From an uncultured delta proteobacterium (GTDB taxonomy: Bacteria; Myxococcota_A; Polyangia; Polyangiales; Polyangiaceae): DNA of 64,000 nucleotides. The stretch is taken from NCBI GenBank assembly GCA_963716725.1, contig CAVQUB010000032.1:64001-128000 (forward strand), read 5' to 3'. Positions 37,182-47,197 of this stretch are shown here, one piece after another. Under the pieces are notes generated by a model. It did not search any database. It had not been told where the DNA came from and saw only the letters and a list, made by a program, of their open reading frames with translations. Positions within the stretch are counted from its first letter, which is position 1; each line of letters opens with the position of its first letter. A program made the position numbers and the translations under genes.

Positions 37182-39383
37182 TCAACCGAGCTCTTCGTCG
37201 TCGACCGCGGCGATGCGCAGGGTGAACTCGGCGCCGCCGCCGTCGACGGCCCGCGCCAACAGCCGACCGCCGTGCTGTCGCGCGATTTGCTGCGAGAGCG
37301 CCAGTCCCATGCCGGTACCGCTTGCCTTGGTTGTGTACCCGGGGGTGAAGATGCTGACCAGGTCGGCGATGCCCGGGCCGGTGTCGCGGACAGAGAGCTC
37401 GTAATCGCCTCCCTGGCGGCAAACCGCCAGGGTCGCGACGCGGGTGTCGGTGCCGGCCATGGCCTCGATGGCGTTGCCGACCAGGTTGTGCACGAGCTGC
37501 TTCAACTTGTCCGGGTGGCCGAGCACCCAGGCGGGCTCCCGAGCCAGATGTTCTTCGAGGTGGATCCCGCCGTCGGCCATGCTGGCGGCGTGGGCCCGCC
37601 CAACGCTCCCGGCGATTTCGTTCAAGTCGACCCGCTGCAGCTCGAGGGACCCCGATTGGGGGCTCATCGACAGATACTCGTTGGTGAGGCTGGTCAAGCG
37701 AGCGAGCTCACTCTTGACCACGGCGATGGACGAAGCGACGCGGTCGCGGTCCTCGCTCGCGAGCTCGAGCCTGGAGGTCCGGCGCTCGAGCAACGCGAGC
37801 TCGAGCCCGAGGCTGTTCAGTGGGTTCTTGATTTCATGGGCCAGCAGGCGACCGAAGGCCCCGAGCGTGCTCCACTGCTCAGCGAACCGCAGGCGCGCTT
37901 CGAGCTGAACGCGAGCGAGGGCGCTGGCCGCGACCGGAGCCATGGCCGTTGCCGCCCGCACATCTTGTTCGGTGAACTCCGGCCGTCCGCGTGCCAGACA
38001 AATCACGCCAATCGGCCGATCATTCACCCGCAGGGGCACCACGAGTTGCGGGCCTGGGCAGCGTTGCTGCAAGCTCGTGCAGGCACCGCTCTCGCCGTCG
38101 GCCAGCGCCCGGACTCCCGCGGGCACGCCGGAATCGCCCACGGCGCCCACGCGCTCGAGTCGATTCGAGTGAATGGCCCACGTGTCTTCCACGCGCCCCT
38201 CCGAGTCGTAGAGTTCTATCACCGCGCTGTCGTGGGCGATGAGTCGGCCGAGGCTCTCACCGATCTCCTTGGCATCGGGCCGCCCGGAAAGCCCGCCCAG
38301 CGCCGTGGCGAGCTGGCCTTGGAGGGTCTTCGTCGCCAGAAGCCGGCCCGCGAGACAAGCGATGGAAAAAACCTGCGAGAGTGTGTCGATCAAGATCTCG
38401 TCGGAGTCGCCGCGGCCTTCGCGGGGGTTTCGCAGGCGGAGGGAGCGACCGGCCAGCTCCGAATCAGGCACGAGCTCGGCGATCTCGTGGCCGGTGGCGC
38501 CTGCCACTTCAGTCAGCGCTCTCTCGAGGGAGCCGCTCCCGGCGAGCCACGCGCCGAGGGCGTCAGCCACGCTGCGGGTGGCGAGCTGCTGCAAGGCCAG
38601 GGACTCCGCGCGCCTCGCTTCGTCTCTGCTCTGCTCCCGCTCGACGGCGATGCCTCGACCGAGCGCATCGGCCAGCCCGTCGAGCTCATCCGTGCCGACG
38701 ATCTGCGCGGCGATCGCGCGGTCGTCACCCAGGTCGACCAAGGCGCGGAGTCGCCGGATTCGGCCGAAGATCTGCCCGACTCCGGCCGCCACCAGCGCCA
38801 CGAGCAGTACCGAGCCGGCGCTGGCCCAAGAGCCGAGCCGAGCGTTGTGCTCGAGGCGCGTCTCGACGATCCGGGCCACGGCTCGCACGGTGAGGTCCAG
38901 CTCGGTCAGCTCCAGGAGCACATCCGTGACCAGCGCGCCGCCGACCGGGATGTCGCTGTCGAGCTCAGCCCGAATGCGCGGGAGCAGCTCCGCCCTCCAC
39001 CGGGTTCGGTGCGCTTTGAATCGTTCGCACACTTCCCAGGTGGGACACGCCGCGAAGCCCACCGACGGATCACCAGACACAGCGCGATCCAGCAGTTCGT
39101 CCTGTTCCCCGAGCATGGTTTCGAAGCGGGAGCGCGTCCCGGGATCCGTGCGAGCTTGCGGCAGCTGTACCAGGACCTGCAGTAGGCGAAAGCGTAGGGA
39201 GCCTGCCTCCTGGATGGCCACCGCGAATCCGTCCGTACTCCGTCGCAGCTCGTCGGTGACCAGCCAGGGCACGAGGGCCAGACCGGCGAGCGCGGTCAGC
39301 AGCAGGTAGAAGCGAGATCGGAGCGAAGGCAGGACGCGCTGCGCCCAGGTCGGCGACCTTCGAACGGGCTGAGCGGCTGCCAT
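37182..39383 (-). CDS. Membrane sensor histidine kinase (NarX/PilJ-like sensor, HAMP, GAF, HisKA, HATPase)
   Basis: Two TMs; AIQEAGSLRFR P-box-like; AHEIKNPL, NLVGNAIEA, DTGPGI, GTGMGL. Confidence 0.92.
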   Translation of the reverse strand: MAAAQPVRRSPTWAQRVLPSLRSRFYLLLTALAGLALVPWLVTDELRRSTDGFAVAIQEAGSLRFRLLQVLVQLPQARTDPGTRSRFETMLGEQDELLDRAVSGDPSVGFAACPTWEVCERFKAHRTRWRAELLPRIRAELDSDIPVGGALVTDVLLELTELDLTVRAVARIVETRLEHNARLGSWASAGSVLLVALVAAGVGQIFGRIRRLRALVDLGDDRAIAAQIVGTDELDGLADALGRGIAVEREQSRDEARRAESLALQQLATRSVADALGAWLAGSGSLERALTEVAGATGHEIAELVPDSELAGRSLRLRNPREGRGDSDEILIDTLSQVFSIACLAGRLLATKTLQGQLATALGGLSGRPDAKEIGESLGRLIAHDSAVIELYDSEGRVEDTWAIHSNRLERVGAVGDSGVPAGVRALADGESGACTSLQQRCPGPQLVVPLRVNDRPIGVICLARGRPEFTEQDVRAATAMAPVAASALARVQLEARLRFAEQWSTLGAFGRLLAHEIKNPLNSLGLELALLERRTSRLELASEDRDRVASSIAVVKSELARLTSLTNEYLSMSPQSGSLELQRVDLNEIAGSVGRAHAASMADGGIHLEEHLAREPAWVLGHPDKLKQLVHNLVGNAIEAMAGTDTRVATLAVCRQGGDYELSVRDTGPGIADLVSIFTPGYTTKASGTGMGLALSQQIARQHGGRLLARAVDGGGAEFTLRIAAVDDEELG

Positions 39384-39554
39384 GGCGGAGGGAGTTGCGC
39401 GCACAGCTCCGAGTGGCCATTCAGAGGCGACATGTCGGGCGCGCGCCGTGACGAGATGAGTGACGCATTATACACATGGGTGCGGCGCATCGAGCGTCAT
39501 CGTGCACGCTCCTTTGGAGCTTCGCTGACGCCTGCACCGTCGGTCGAGGTGGGT

Positions 39555-40421
39555 TCAGAGCACGAAATCCAGCATCTGCAGCCGCGTCAGGTGATCCTCA
39601 ATCGCGCGGTTGTAATCCTCGATCAGAAGATCCAGCTTGATCACGAACTCCGTGCCGTCGCTGCCCTCGACGGTGCCGCTCACGGCGATCTCGCGCTCCG
39701 GCAGCAGCAGCACGCCGCTCCAGTCGTCGCCGCGCTTGGGACTGCCCGCGCTCGCCGGCAGATGCAACCAGCCCTTGCTGATGGACTCGACGGCCACGAC
39801 GGAGCCGTCGTCAAGGCGCACGGACGTCGGGAGAGCCTCGGCCGGCGCGACCAGGTAGTGACCCTTCTTGTTCTGCTCGATCAGGGACTCGAGTTCGTCG
39901 AAGAGTTGCTTGCTGAGAGGGGTGTCGTCGCCTTCCAGGAGCGCGTCGCGCATGCGCTTCATCGCCTTCTGCGTCGTCATCAAGTTGTGACGCATCTCTT
40001 CGAGTCGGCGGGTGTCCCGGCGGATCTTGTCGGCGACTACCCGCAGCAGGTTGTAGTGGAAGGGGAACGCGACATCGCCGTGTTCCTCGAAGAACTGCAT
40101 CAGGTCTTTGACCGCGATGTCGAGCAGTTCGACCTTGGACGCTGCCACTGCCGTCGTGCGACGTTCGAGGCGCGCGATGGCGCCCAGCTCGCCGACTGGT
40201 GCGATGGGCTTGAGCCGGAAGCGCTCTTCGCCCCCGTCGCGCAGCGAGACCTCGCCGCTGGTGAGGATCAGGAATCGATCCGAGACGGAACCGGCCTCGA
40301 ACAAGACCTCTCCGCTCTCCGCCGTTCTGGTGTCGCAGGCGGCGACGAGTTGAGCGAGGTGCTCGTCGGTGATGTTGGAGAGCAGGGGGATCTTGCGCAA
40401 ATCGGACGGGGCGACGGGCAT
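39555..40421 (-). CDS. Cyclic-nucleotide-binding protein with coiled coil and beta-rich C-terminal domain
   Basis: LRKIPLL...GEVLFEAG...GELG...RRTTAVA. Confidence 0.85.
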   Translation of the reverse strand: MPVAPSDLRKIPLLSNITDEHLAQLVAACDTRTAESGEVLFEAGSVSDRFLILTSGEVSLRDGGEERFRLKPIAPVGELGAIARLERRTTAVAASKVELLDIAVKDLMQFFEEHGDVAFPFHYNLLRVVADKIRRDTRRLEEMRHNLMTTQKAMKRMRDALLEGDDTPLSKQLFDELESLIEQNKKGHYLVAPAEALPTSVRLDDGSVVAVESISKGWLHLPASAGSPKRGDDWSGVLLLPEREIAVSGTVEGSDGTEFVIKLDLLIEDYNRAIEDHLTRLQMLDFVL

Positions 40422-40537
40422 GCTGTGACCTCTCGGGGGGGACGGAGTCTAAACCGGATGAGGCCCGCGACCGACGAAAACTCGGTCTCGCGTGCAAGGC
40501 CGAGCTTCACCGGGTATCTTGGAGGTGAGGTGCACAA

Positions 40538-41131
40538 ATGGTTGGGCGGTGCTTAGCGTCGGCTTTGGTGGTTGGGCTCACCCTGGGCTGCGGCTCGGAT
40601 GGTGGTGGTAGCGGCCTTTCGGGGACCGGCGGCGCGAGCAGCGGCGGCGCGAGCAGCGGCGGCGCGAGCAGCGGCGGCGCGAGCAGCGGCGGCGCTGCCG
40701 GGCAAGCGGGCGGTGGCAGCGCGGGCGTGGGGACTGGTGGCGGTGCGGGTGCGGGCGGTGCGGGCGGCTCGGGCGCCGGCGGTGCGGGCGGCTCGGGCAC
40801 CGGCGGCTCGGGCACTGGCGGCTCGGGCACTGGCGGTGCGGGCACTGGCGGTGCGGGCACTGGCGGCACGGGGAGTTGCTCAGGCGTCGCCACCGGGCTT
40901 CCGCCGGCGTGTGACGCGTGCGTGAAGGGTGCGTGCTGCAAAGAAGTGCTCGCCTGCCAGGCCAACACGCCCTGCACTCAGCTCGTCGCCTGCCTCCAGC
41001 AGAAGTGCGTCGGCGTCCCGGATCTGACGGCCTGCGCCATTCAGAAATGCTCCAGCTTCCTGGCGGGCGCGACCCTCGCGACGGCGATCCAATCCTGTCA
41101 ACAGAAGAGCTGCCCCACGCAGTGCCCGTAG
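40538..41131 (+). CDS. Gly-rich lipoprotein with small Cys-rich domain
   Basis: GGAGG RBS; TLGC lipobox; GGASS/GGSGT repeats; CDAC...CC...C. Confidence 0.85.
   Translation: MVGRCLASALVVGLTLGCGSDGGGSGLSGTGGASSGGASSGGASSGGASSGGAAGQAGGGSAGVGTGGGAGAGGAGGSGAGGAGGSGTGGSGTGGSGTGGAGTGGAGTGGTGSCSGVATGLPPACDACVKGACCKEVLACQANTPCTQLVACLQQKCVGVPDLTACAIQKCSSFLAGATLATAIQSCQQKSCPTQCP
40628..40695 (+). repeat. 15-bp coding tandem repeat GGCGGCGCGAGCAGC x4.5
   Basis: Perfect copies encoding GGASS. Confidence 0.92.
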
Positions 41132-41137
41132 CCGAGA

Positions 41138-42058
41138 TCAGCCACGCTTCTTCTTGGTCTTCGGTGCGCCCTTGCGCTGCTGCGGAGGCTTCGAGGGCAT
41201 GGCCGCCGGCTTCTTGCCAGAGCGCAAGAAGATCACGGCTTCGCGGATTTGAGCGTCGGTCATCGAGTGTCCGACGTTGCGTCGGCCCACGACTAGGCTC
41301 TTCCAGCCCATAGCCCGGAGCGCCCGGCCGAGTCGCGCCGGATCCTTGCGCGCGCGATCCTTGTGTCCGTAGCCGACGTATACGGGCACCTTCGGCTGAG
41401 TACCCTTCGCCCAACGTTCGACCCCTTTGGGTGCTCCCCCGCCGGCGAACACAGCGTAGCCAGCCACGTCGAGACGTCCGCGAAGCGCAAGCCCCGCGGC
41501 GTAGTATGCACCCGCTGAAAACCCCCACACGAACACCTTGGCGAAGGGGCGACCGTTGCGTTTCTCGAGGGTCTCGCGGGCCTGCTTCCACTCAGCTAGC
41601 ACTTCGGCCTCGAGCGCGTTCTGTCCGGCGACGGACGAAGGCCAATTCCAGTGGTCGGCGAACTTGCTCGAGCCCGCGCCCACTCGGCCTCGAGGTGTGA
41701 TCACCGAGAAGCCGTGGGCCTTCGCCGCGCGCGCGAGCCCGCGCTGGCCGTTCCACTGCCACGTCGTTCCGACCTTGGTCAGCCCGTGCAGAAAGATCAC
41801 CAGCGTATCGGGGGCACGCTCCGGAGGTACCGGCGAATAGTGGCAGACCGTCGGCGTCAGCTCCTCGATGCCCTCGCCCCGATAGCACCAGGGCTGCTCC
41901 GCCCCCGCCTCGTCGGCGGTGCCGGCGTCGGGACTGAACAGCGCGTCTGGCTCACCCAGGTCATCGGCAAATCGCGGGGCGGCGGCTTGCGCGAGCGCAT
42001 CGCAGGGAAGGGCGACGGCGAGTGCCACCGCCGTCACCCAGAAGGGCGGGGGAGCCAT
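41138..42058 (-). CDS. Secreted alpha/beta hydrolase (esterase-like)
   Basis: VIFLHG, GFSAG nucleophile elbow, GHKD, VGH. Confidence 0.85.
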   Translation of the reverse strand: MAPPPFWVTAVALAVALPCDALAQAAAPRFADDLGEPDALFSPDAGTADEAGAEQPWCYRGEGIEELTPTVCHYSPVPPERAPDTLVIFLHGLTKVGTTWQWNGQRGLARAAKAHGFSVITPRGRVGAGSSKFADHWNWPSSVAGQNALEAEVLAEWKQARETLEKRNGRPFAKVFVWGFSAGAYYAAGLALRGRLDVAGYAVFAGGGAPKGVERWAKGTQPKVPVYVGYGHKDRARKDPARLGRALRAMGWKSLVVGRRNVGHSMTDAQIREAVIFLRSGKKPAAMPSKPPQQRKGAPKTKKKRG

Positions 42059-42115
42059 GACAGTCAACTCCCTAACATGCGGGACTCGATCAGCCCATTT
42101 GGGACCGCCGTCGTT

Positions 42116-42131
42116 CGGCACGAGCCTTGCT
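42116..42131 (+). promoter_or_regulatory. Sigma-54 promoter
   Basis: CGGCACGAGCCTTGCT (GG-N10-GC). Confidence 0.6.
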
Positions 42132-42165
42132 CGATGCACTCGCAAGCGACCCGAAAGGTGCCCCA

Positions 42166-42861
42166 ATGAGACCTTCAATCGAAATCGACTCTGGCCTGCT
42201 CGTCCCGCCGTCCCAGCGCTCTGGCACAGGTCGGCACACGCTGCCCGGCACGCCCATCGCGCTCCGCGATCGGGACTCGCTCGGTGGAGTGGCCGAGGAC
42301 TTCTTCTCCGCGGGAGACGACGGCAGCTACGAAGGCGCCGAGGCCGAGCCGCTCGAAGGGGTCGAGCTCGAGCCAGTGAGGGTGGTGGTGCGATCACCGG
42401 AGATGGAAGCACGCCGCGCTCGTGGCATTCGAGTGGTCGCCGGCGTCGTCGGCTGCCTGACGGCGTTGCTCGCCTTTGGAGTCGTCCGCTCGAACGTACC
42501 GGGCGAGGCCGTTGCGACGGCTCCAGTCAACGGCCTTCACCACGCAGAGGCGGCGCGCGAGCCCGCGTCCATCGGCAGAGCAGCTGCTCGAGGGCTCGAG
42601 GCGGCGCCAGCCGGCGAGCAGACCCCTCGAGCCGCGCCCGCGAAGCCCTCGACACCTGTCAGCGCTCCCGCCGTTGCCCGGGCAACCTCAGCCCTTTCGC
42701 GGGCTCTGTCGCCGCCGGTAGCCCTCGTGTCGCCGGTCCGCGCTGCCGCGAGGCCTTTGGCCGATGCCCCGCCCAGCGTGGCGAATTTTGCTGCTCGGTC
42801 CGGCGACTCGCCAAAGTCTGCGGGGCGAGTGCCGACCGCTTCGTTCGCGCCCGCGCGGTAG
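42166..42861 (+). CDS. Hypothetical single-pass membrane protein with Ala/Pro-rich C-terminus
   Basis: ORF with one TM segment; promoter upstream. Confidence 0.65.
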   Translation: MRPSIEIDSGLLVPPSQRSGTGRHTLPGTPIALRDRDSLGGVAEDFFSAGDDGSYEGAEAEPLEGVELEPVRVVVRSPEMEARRARGIRVVAGVVGCLTALLAFGVVRSNVPGEAVATAPVNGLHHAEAAREPASIGRAAARGLEAAPAGEQTPRAAPAKPSTPVSAPAVARATSALSRALSPPVALVSPVRAAARPLADAPPSVANFAARSGDSPKSAGRVPTASFAPAR

Positions 42862-42903
42862 GCGCAGGGGACGACCGACCGAAGTTTTGGCATGCTTCGC
42901 TCG

Positions 42904-43839
42904 ATGCGCCTCGTCACCGTCGCTCTGACCCTGTGCTTCATCTCGGGTTGCGGCTCGTCGTCGAGCGACGAGCCCCGGTCGGCACCGGGAGCGCCTGCGT
43001 CCTCGAGCTTCGACTGTACGGCGGTCGGGCCGCCCGAGCGCAGGACGCCGGTTCCCGCGAGCTGTGCGACGGATCGGACCTGCACCGAGCGTATGGTGTC
43101 AGGCCATCGGGGCACCGGAGGAGAGCTGGGCGCGCTGGCGCCTGAGAACACCCTCTCTGCCGTGCGCGCTGCCATCGCCGCGGGTGCAGACTTCGTCGAG
43201 ACCGATCCCCGCCCGACCAAGGACGGCGTGCTGGTGAACCTGCACGACACGGAGGTCGATCGCACCACGCATGGCAGCGGCGTCGCTTCCGACATGACCC
43301 TGGTGGAGATCCAGGCGCTGCAAATCGATGCCTCGAACCTCGCGGGGGATTTCTCCTGCGACCGGGTGCCCACCATCCATGAGGTGCTGGCAGCCGCCAA
43401 AGGTCGCATTCACGTGCTGCTGGACGCCAACAAGACCAGCCGGGTGGATCTCCTGGTTCAGGCCGTCCACGACACCGACACGCTCGATTGGGCCATCTTC
43501 GACACCGACGACACCAAGAAAATCCAAGATGCCCTGCTGCTCGAGCCCGCGCTGCACACCATGATCCGAGTCACCGACGAAGCTGAGATCGACGCCGAGC
43601 TCGCGCTGTTCAGCGCGCACCCGCCGGTCATCGTCGAGATCCACGACGGAGCGGATCCCAAGCTCCTGGCGCCCAAGCTGCACGCCGCTGGCCATCGGGT
43701 CCTGATGGACGTGTTCGCGCTGGATCTGTCGGCGAAGTTGGCACAAGACGCTCAGATCTACGCGACGCCTTTCGCAAACGGTGTGGACATCGTGCAGACC
43801 GACCGTCCCGAACTGGTCGCGCAGTACCTGAAGCGATGA
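42904..43839 (+). CDS. Glycerophosphodiester phosphodiesterase lipoprotein
   Basis: GHRG, APENTL, VETD...TKDG..V.LHD..VDRTT, QTDRP; alternative start 42892. Confidence 0.93.
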   Translation: MRLVTVALTLCFISGCGSSSSDEPRSAPGAPASSSFDCTAVGPPERRTPVPASCATDRTCTERMVSGHRGTGGELGALAPENTLSAVRAAIAAGADFVETDPRPTKDGVLVNLHDTEVDRTTHGSGVASDMTLVEIQALQIDASNLAGDFSCDRVPTIHEVLAAAKGRIHVLLDANKTSRVDLLVQAVHDTDTLDWAIFDTDDTKKIQDALLLEPALHTMIRVTDEAEIDAELALFSAHPPVIVEIHDGADPKLLAPKLHAAGHRVLMDVFALDLSAKLAQDAQIYATPFANGVDIVQTDRPELVAQYLKR

Positions 43840-43888
43840 CGACCGGGGCGATCCGCGCTAGGTTCCGCCGGCTTCCTGGAGGTACGAA

Positions 43889-45082
43889 ATGAAGAAGCTC
43901 AGCCGTGAAATCTGGATTGTCGCTGCCAAACGCACGCCCTTCGGCGCGCTCTCGGGCGGGCTCAAGGACGTGAGCGCCATCGATCTGGCGGTGCACGCTG
44001 GCAAGGCGGCCATCGCCCAGAGCGGCGCGCAGCCGAAGGACTTCGACCACGTCATCCTCGGCAACGTGCAGCAGACCAGCGCGGACGCCATCTACGGCGC
44101 GCGGCACGTGGGCTTGAAGGCCGGCCTGCCGATTGAGACGCCGGCCCTCACCGTCAACCGCCTCTGCGGATCCGGGTTCCAAGCGGTCGTGAACGCGGCG
44201 GAGCAGATCCTGCTCGGCGAAGCCCGTTGCGTGCTCGCGGGAGGCTCGGAGAACATGAGCCAGGCGCCGCATGTCCTGTGGGGCCTGCGTGACGGTGCGA
44301 AGTTCGGCAGGCCACCCAAGCTCGTGGATTCGCTCTGGGAGGCGCTCACGGACAGCTACTGCCAGACTCCGATGGCAGTGACGGCCGAGAACCTCGCCGA
44401 GAAGTACGGCGTCACCCGGGAGATGGCCGATGCCTTTGCGCTACGCTCGCAGAAGAACTGGGCGGCTGCCCAGGAGTCCGGGGCGTTTTCCGATGAAATC
44501 TGCCCGATGGAAATCCCACAGGGACGAAAGACGCTGACCGTCGATCGCGACGAGCATGCCCGCCCGCAGACGACGCTCGAGACGTTGGCGAAGCTGCCGA
44601 CCGTGTTCAAGAAGGACGGTGTCGTGACCGCAGGCAACGCGAGTGGCATCTGCGACGGAGCGGCGATGCTGGTGGTCGCTGACGCCGAATGGGCGAAGGC
44701 TCAGGGGCTGAAGCCGCTGGCCAAGCTCGTGCAGTGGGGCGTCGCCGGGGTCGAGCCCAGCCTCATGGGCATCGGGCCGGCGCCTGCCATCCGCAGCGCC
44801 CTCGAGCGCGCCGGCGTCGCCATCGGCGACGTCGACTTGTTCGACGTCAACGAGGCGTTCGCGCCGCAGTTCTTGGCTGTACAGAAGGAGCTCGGCCTCC
44901 CCGACGAGAAGGTCAACGTGAACGGTGGAGCCATCGCCCTCGGTCACCCGCTCGGAGCATCCGGCGCCCGCATCACCGCGAACTTGATCTACACCTTGAA
45001 GAAACGCGGCAAGCGGCTCGGGGTCGGTTCGGCCTGCATCGGCGGCGGCCAGGGCATCGCAGTGGTTCTCGAATCGGTCTGA
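43889..45082 (+). CDS. Acetyl-CoA C-acyltransferase (thiolase)
   Basis: NRLCGSG, NEAFA, GHPLGASG, CIGGGQG. Confidence 0.97.
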   Translation: MKKLSREIWIVAAKRTPFGALSGGLKDVSAIDLAVHAGKAAIAQSGAQPKDFDHVILGNVQQTSADAIYGARHVGLKAGLPIETPALTVNRLCGSGFQAVVNAAEQILLGEARCVLAGGSENMSQAPHVLWGLRDGAKFGRPPKLVDSLWEALTDSYCQTPMAVTAENLAEKYGVTREMADAFALRSQKNWAAAQESGAFSDEICPMEIPQGRKTLTVDRDEHARPQTTLETLAKLPTVFKKDGVVTAGNASGICDGAAMLVVADAEWAKAQGLKPLAKLVQWGVAGVEPSLMGIGPAPAIRSALERAGVAIGDVDLFDVNEAFAPQFLAVQKELGLPDEKVNVNGGAIALGHPLGASGARITANLIYTLKKRGKRLGVGSACIGGGQGIAVVLESV

Positions 45083-45085
45083 CGC

Positions 45086-46291
45086 TCACGGCGCGTCGTG
45101 ACCCGGTCGGTGGGTCACGGCGCGGCGGACGCTCGGACTGGCGAAGAGCGCAGCGAGCGCCAAGAGCAACAGAGCCGAGCTGGCGTAATAAGGCAGGTCG
45201 GCTCGAATCGTGTACAGGCCCGTGCCGACCACCGGACCGAGTACTCGTCCCAAGCCGTGTGCCGCGTGGCTGAGCCCGGCTGCCGCACCTTGCTCGTGCT
45301 CGCCCACCGCGAGGGAGGCGGCGGCAGTCACGCCTGGCAACGCGAGCCCCTGTCCGAGCCCCTGGACCGCCAGCGCGGCGGTGAGGGGGATGAAATCGTG
45401 GGCGAAGATCAGCCCGATGAAGCCACACAGCGCAATCGGGACGCCGGCGCTCAAGAGCACGTGCGGGGGCCACTTGTAGCGTCGGACCAGGAAGCCCTGC
45501 ACGAAGACCGCGACGATGCCGTAGAAGACCAGCGAGAGGCCCACAGTGCGGGCCGTCTCGTGTTCGGTCAGGTGCAGGCGGTCCTGGAAGTAGAACGCCA
45601 CGGTCTGCTCCATGGCGACGCTGGACAGGCTGATCACCAGCCCCAGTGCGAGCACGGGCCACATTCGCACGATGAGCGACGTCGGGTGTTCCTCGTCGGG
45701 CGGCCTGACGTGTTTGACCGGTTCGGGAAGCTTGATCCAGACGAAGACCGCGTTCAGAAGGGCGAACCCAGCAGAAAAATACACGGGCGCGAGCAGACTC
45801 AGCGTCGACAGCGCCGCGCCAATGGCAGGGCCGATCACCACACCCAGGCCGAATGCAGCGCCGATGAGCGCCATGCCCGCGGTCCGATCCGCGCGATCCG
45901 TGGTGTCCGCAATGTAGGCCTGCGCCGTTGGCAGGGTCGCCGACGAAAAGACGCCGCCCGCGACCCGCGACGCGAGCAAGAGCCCGAAGGTCGTCCAGCG
46001 ATCGAAGAGGCCTTGTTTGCCCAGCTGAGCGATGATCGCGAAGGCGAGGAACGACAGCGCGAAGCCGATGATTCCGACCAGCAGCACCGGCTTGCGCCCA
46101 ACGCGCTCGCTCCGCCGCCCCCAGAACGGGCTCATGACGAACTGCATGAGCGCGTAGCTGGTCGACAAGAGGCCGACCTCGATCTCGGAGAAGCCGAGCC
46201 AGCGCCCGAGCGGGGCCAGGATCGGAAACAGCACCGACAGCCCGAGGATGCTGTTGAACAGCGTGATGAACAACAGCCCGCGGGGCGACAC
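45086..46291 (-). CDS. MFS transporter (DHA1/TetA-like)
   Basis: WGRRSERVGRKPVL motif A; 12 hydrophobic segments. Confidence 0.93.
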   Translation of the reverse strand: MSPRGLLFITLFNSILGLSVLFPILAPLGRWLGFSEIEVGLLSTSYALMQFVMSPFWGRRSERVGRKPVLLVGIIGFALSFLAFAIIAQLGKQGLFDRWTTFGLLLASRVAGGVFSSATLPTAQAYIADTTDRADRTAGMALIGAAFGLGVVIGPAIGAALSTLSLLAPVYFSAGFALLNAVFVWIKLPEPVKHVRPPDEEHPTSLIVRMWPVLALGLVISLSSVAMEQTVAFYFQDRLHLTEHETARTVGLSLVFYGIVAVFVQGFLVRRYKWPPHVLLSAGVPIALCGFIGLIFAHDFIPLTAALAVQGLGQGLALPGVTAAASLAVGEHEQGAAAGLSHAAHGLGRVLGPVVGTGLYTIRADLPYYASSALLLLALAALFASPSVRRAVTHRPGHDAP

Positions 46292-46347
46292 GTGGCTACT
46301 CTACTCGATGTGCTCGTGAGGGCGCGTGATATGCTCGCGCGTTCCGA

Positions 46348-47139
46348 GTGACGGCGCGTGTATCCTCTTTGTCGGCCTATCCGGTCAAGTCCTGCGGTGG
46401 CGTCCGCTTGTCTCGGGCGTGGGTCGAACGCCGCGGGCTCTCCCACGATCGACGCTTCATGTTGGTGGACGAATGCGGTGAGTTCATCACTCAACGGCGA
46501 GAAGGCGTGTTGGCGCAGACTCGGCTGGAGCTTGGTGAACGGCACTTCAGGGTGACCGCACCCGGGCGCGAGGCGCTAGAGGTTCCCCTCGTCCCCGCAG
46601 GGGGAGAACGCATTCGCGTACGGGTCTGGAACGACGAGAGCGAGGGCCTGCTCGTGCCGGAAGCCGCCGACTGGTTCAGCGCGCTCGTGGGGCGCCCTCT
46701 GCGTTTGGTCTACATGCCGTCGGACGTGTCTCGCCGGGTGGATCCCACTTACGGCGCGGAAGGGGACATCGTGAGCTTTGCCGATGGCTTCCCGCTGCTG
46801 CTCGTCTCCGAAGGCTCCCTCGAAGAGCTCGCGCATCGGGCGGGGAGGGCCTTCGAGATGCAACGGTTCCGCCCCAACGTGGTCGTCTCGGGTACGGAAG
46901 CCCACGCCGAGGACTCGTGGCGACGGATCCGCGTGGGCGCGGTCGAAATGCGTGTCGTGAAGCCCTGCTCTCGCTGCGCGATCCCGACTCGGGACCCCGA
47001 CACCGGCGCGCTCGGCAAGGAGCCCCTCACCACCCTGGCGACCTACCGCAAGCGGGACGGGAAGGTGATGTTCGGGATGAACGTGATCCCAGACTTCGAA
47101 GCCGAGCTGCGAGTCGGCGATCCGGTCGAGGTGCTGTGA
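46348..47139 (+). CDS. MOSC-domain protein (YcbX/mARC-like)
   Basis: YPVKSC, DRRFML, FADGFP, RFRPN, KPCSRC. Confidence 0.95.
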   Translation: MTARVSSLSAYPVKSCGGVRLSRAWVERRGLSHDRRFMLVDECGEFITQRREGVLAQTRLELGERHFRVTAPGREALEVPLVPAGGERIRVRVWNDESEGLLVPEAADWFSALVGRPLRLVYMPSDVSRRVDPTYGAEGDIVSFADGFPLLLVSEGSLEELAHRAGRAFEMQRFRPNVVVSGTEAHAEDSWRRIRVGAVEMRVVKPCSRCAIPTRDPDTGALGKEPLTTLATYRKRDGKVMFGMNVIPDFEAELRVGDPVEVL

Positions 47140-47197
47140 CGCGGCTGGAGCTTCGACAAGCTAGCCCGGGTCCGCCACCCGTGCGAAAGTTGGCGCC

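Noticed and set aside
36357..39185. 942-aa plus-strand ORF
   Set aside because: Antisense shadow of the histidine kinase, expected in high-GC DNA
39395..39411. Sigma-54 box upstream of the NarX-like kinase
   Set aside because: Only the GG-N10-GC spacing matches; flanks are poor and it sits almost on the start codon
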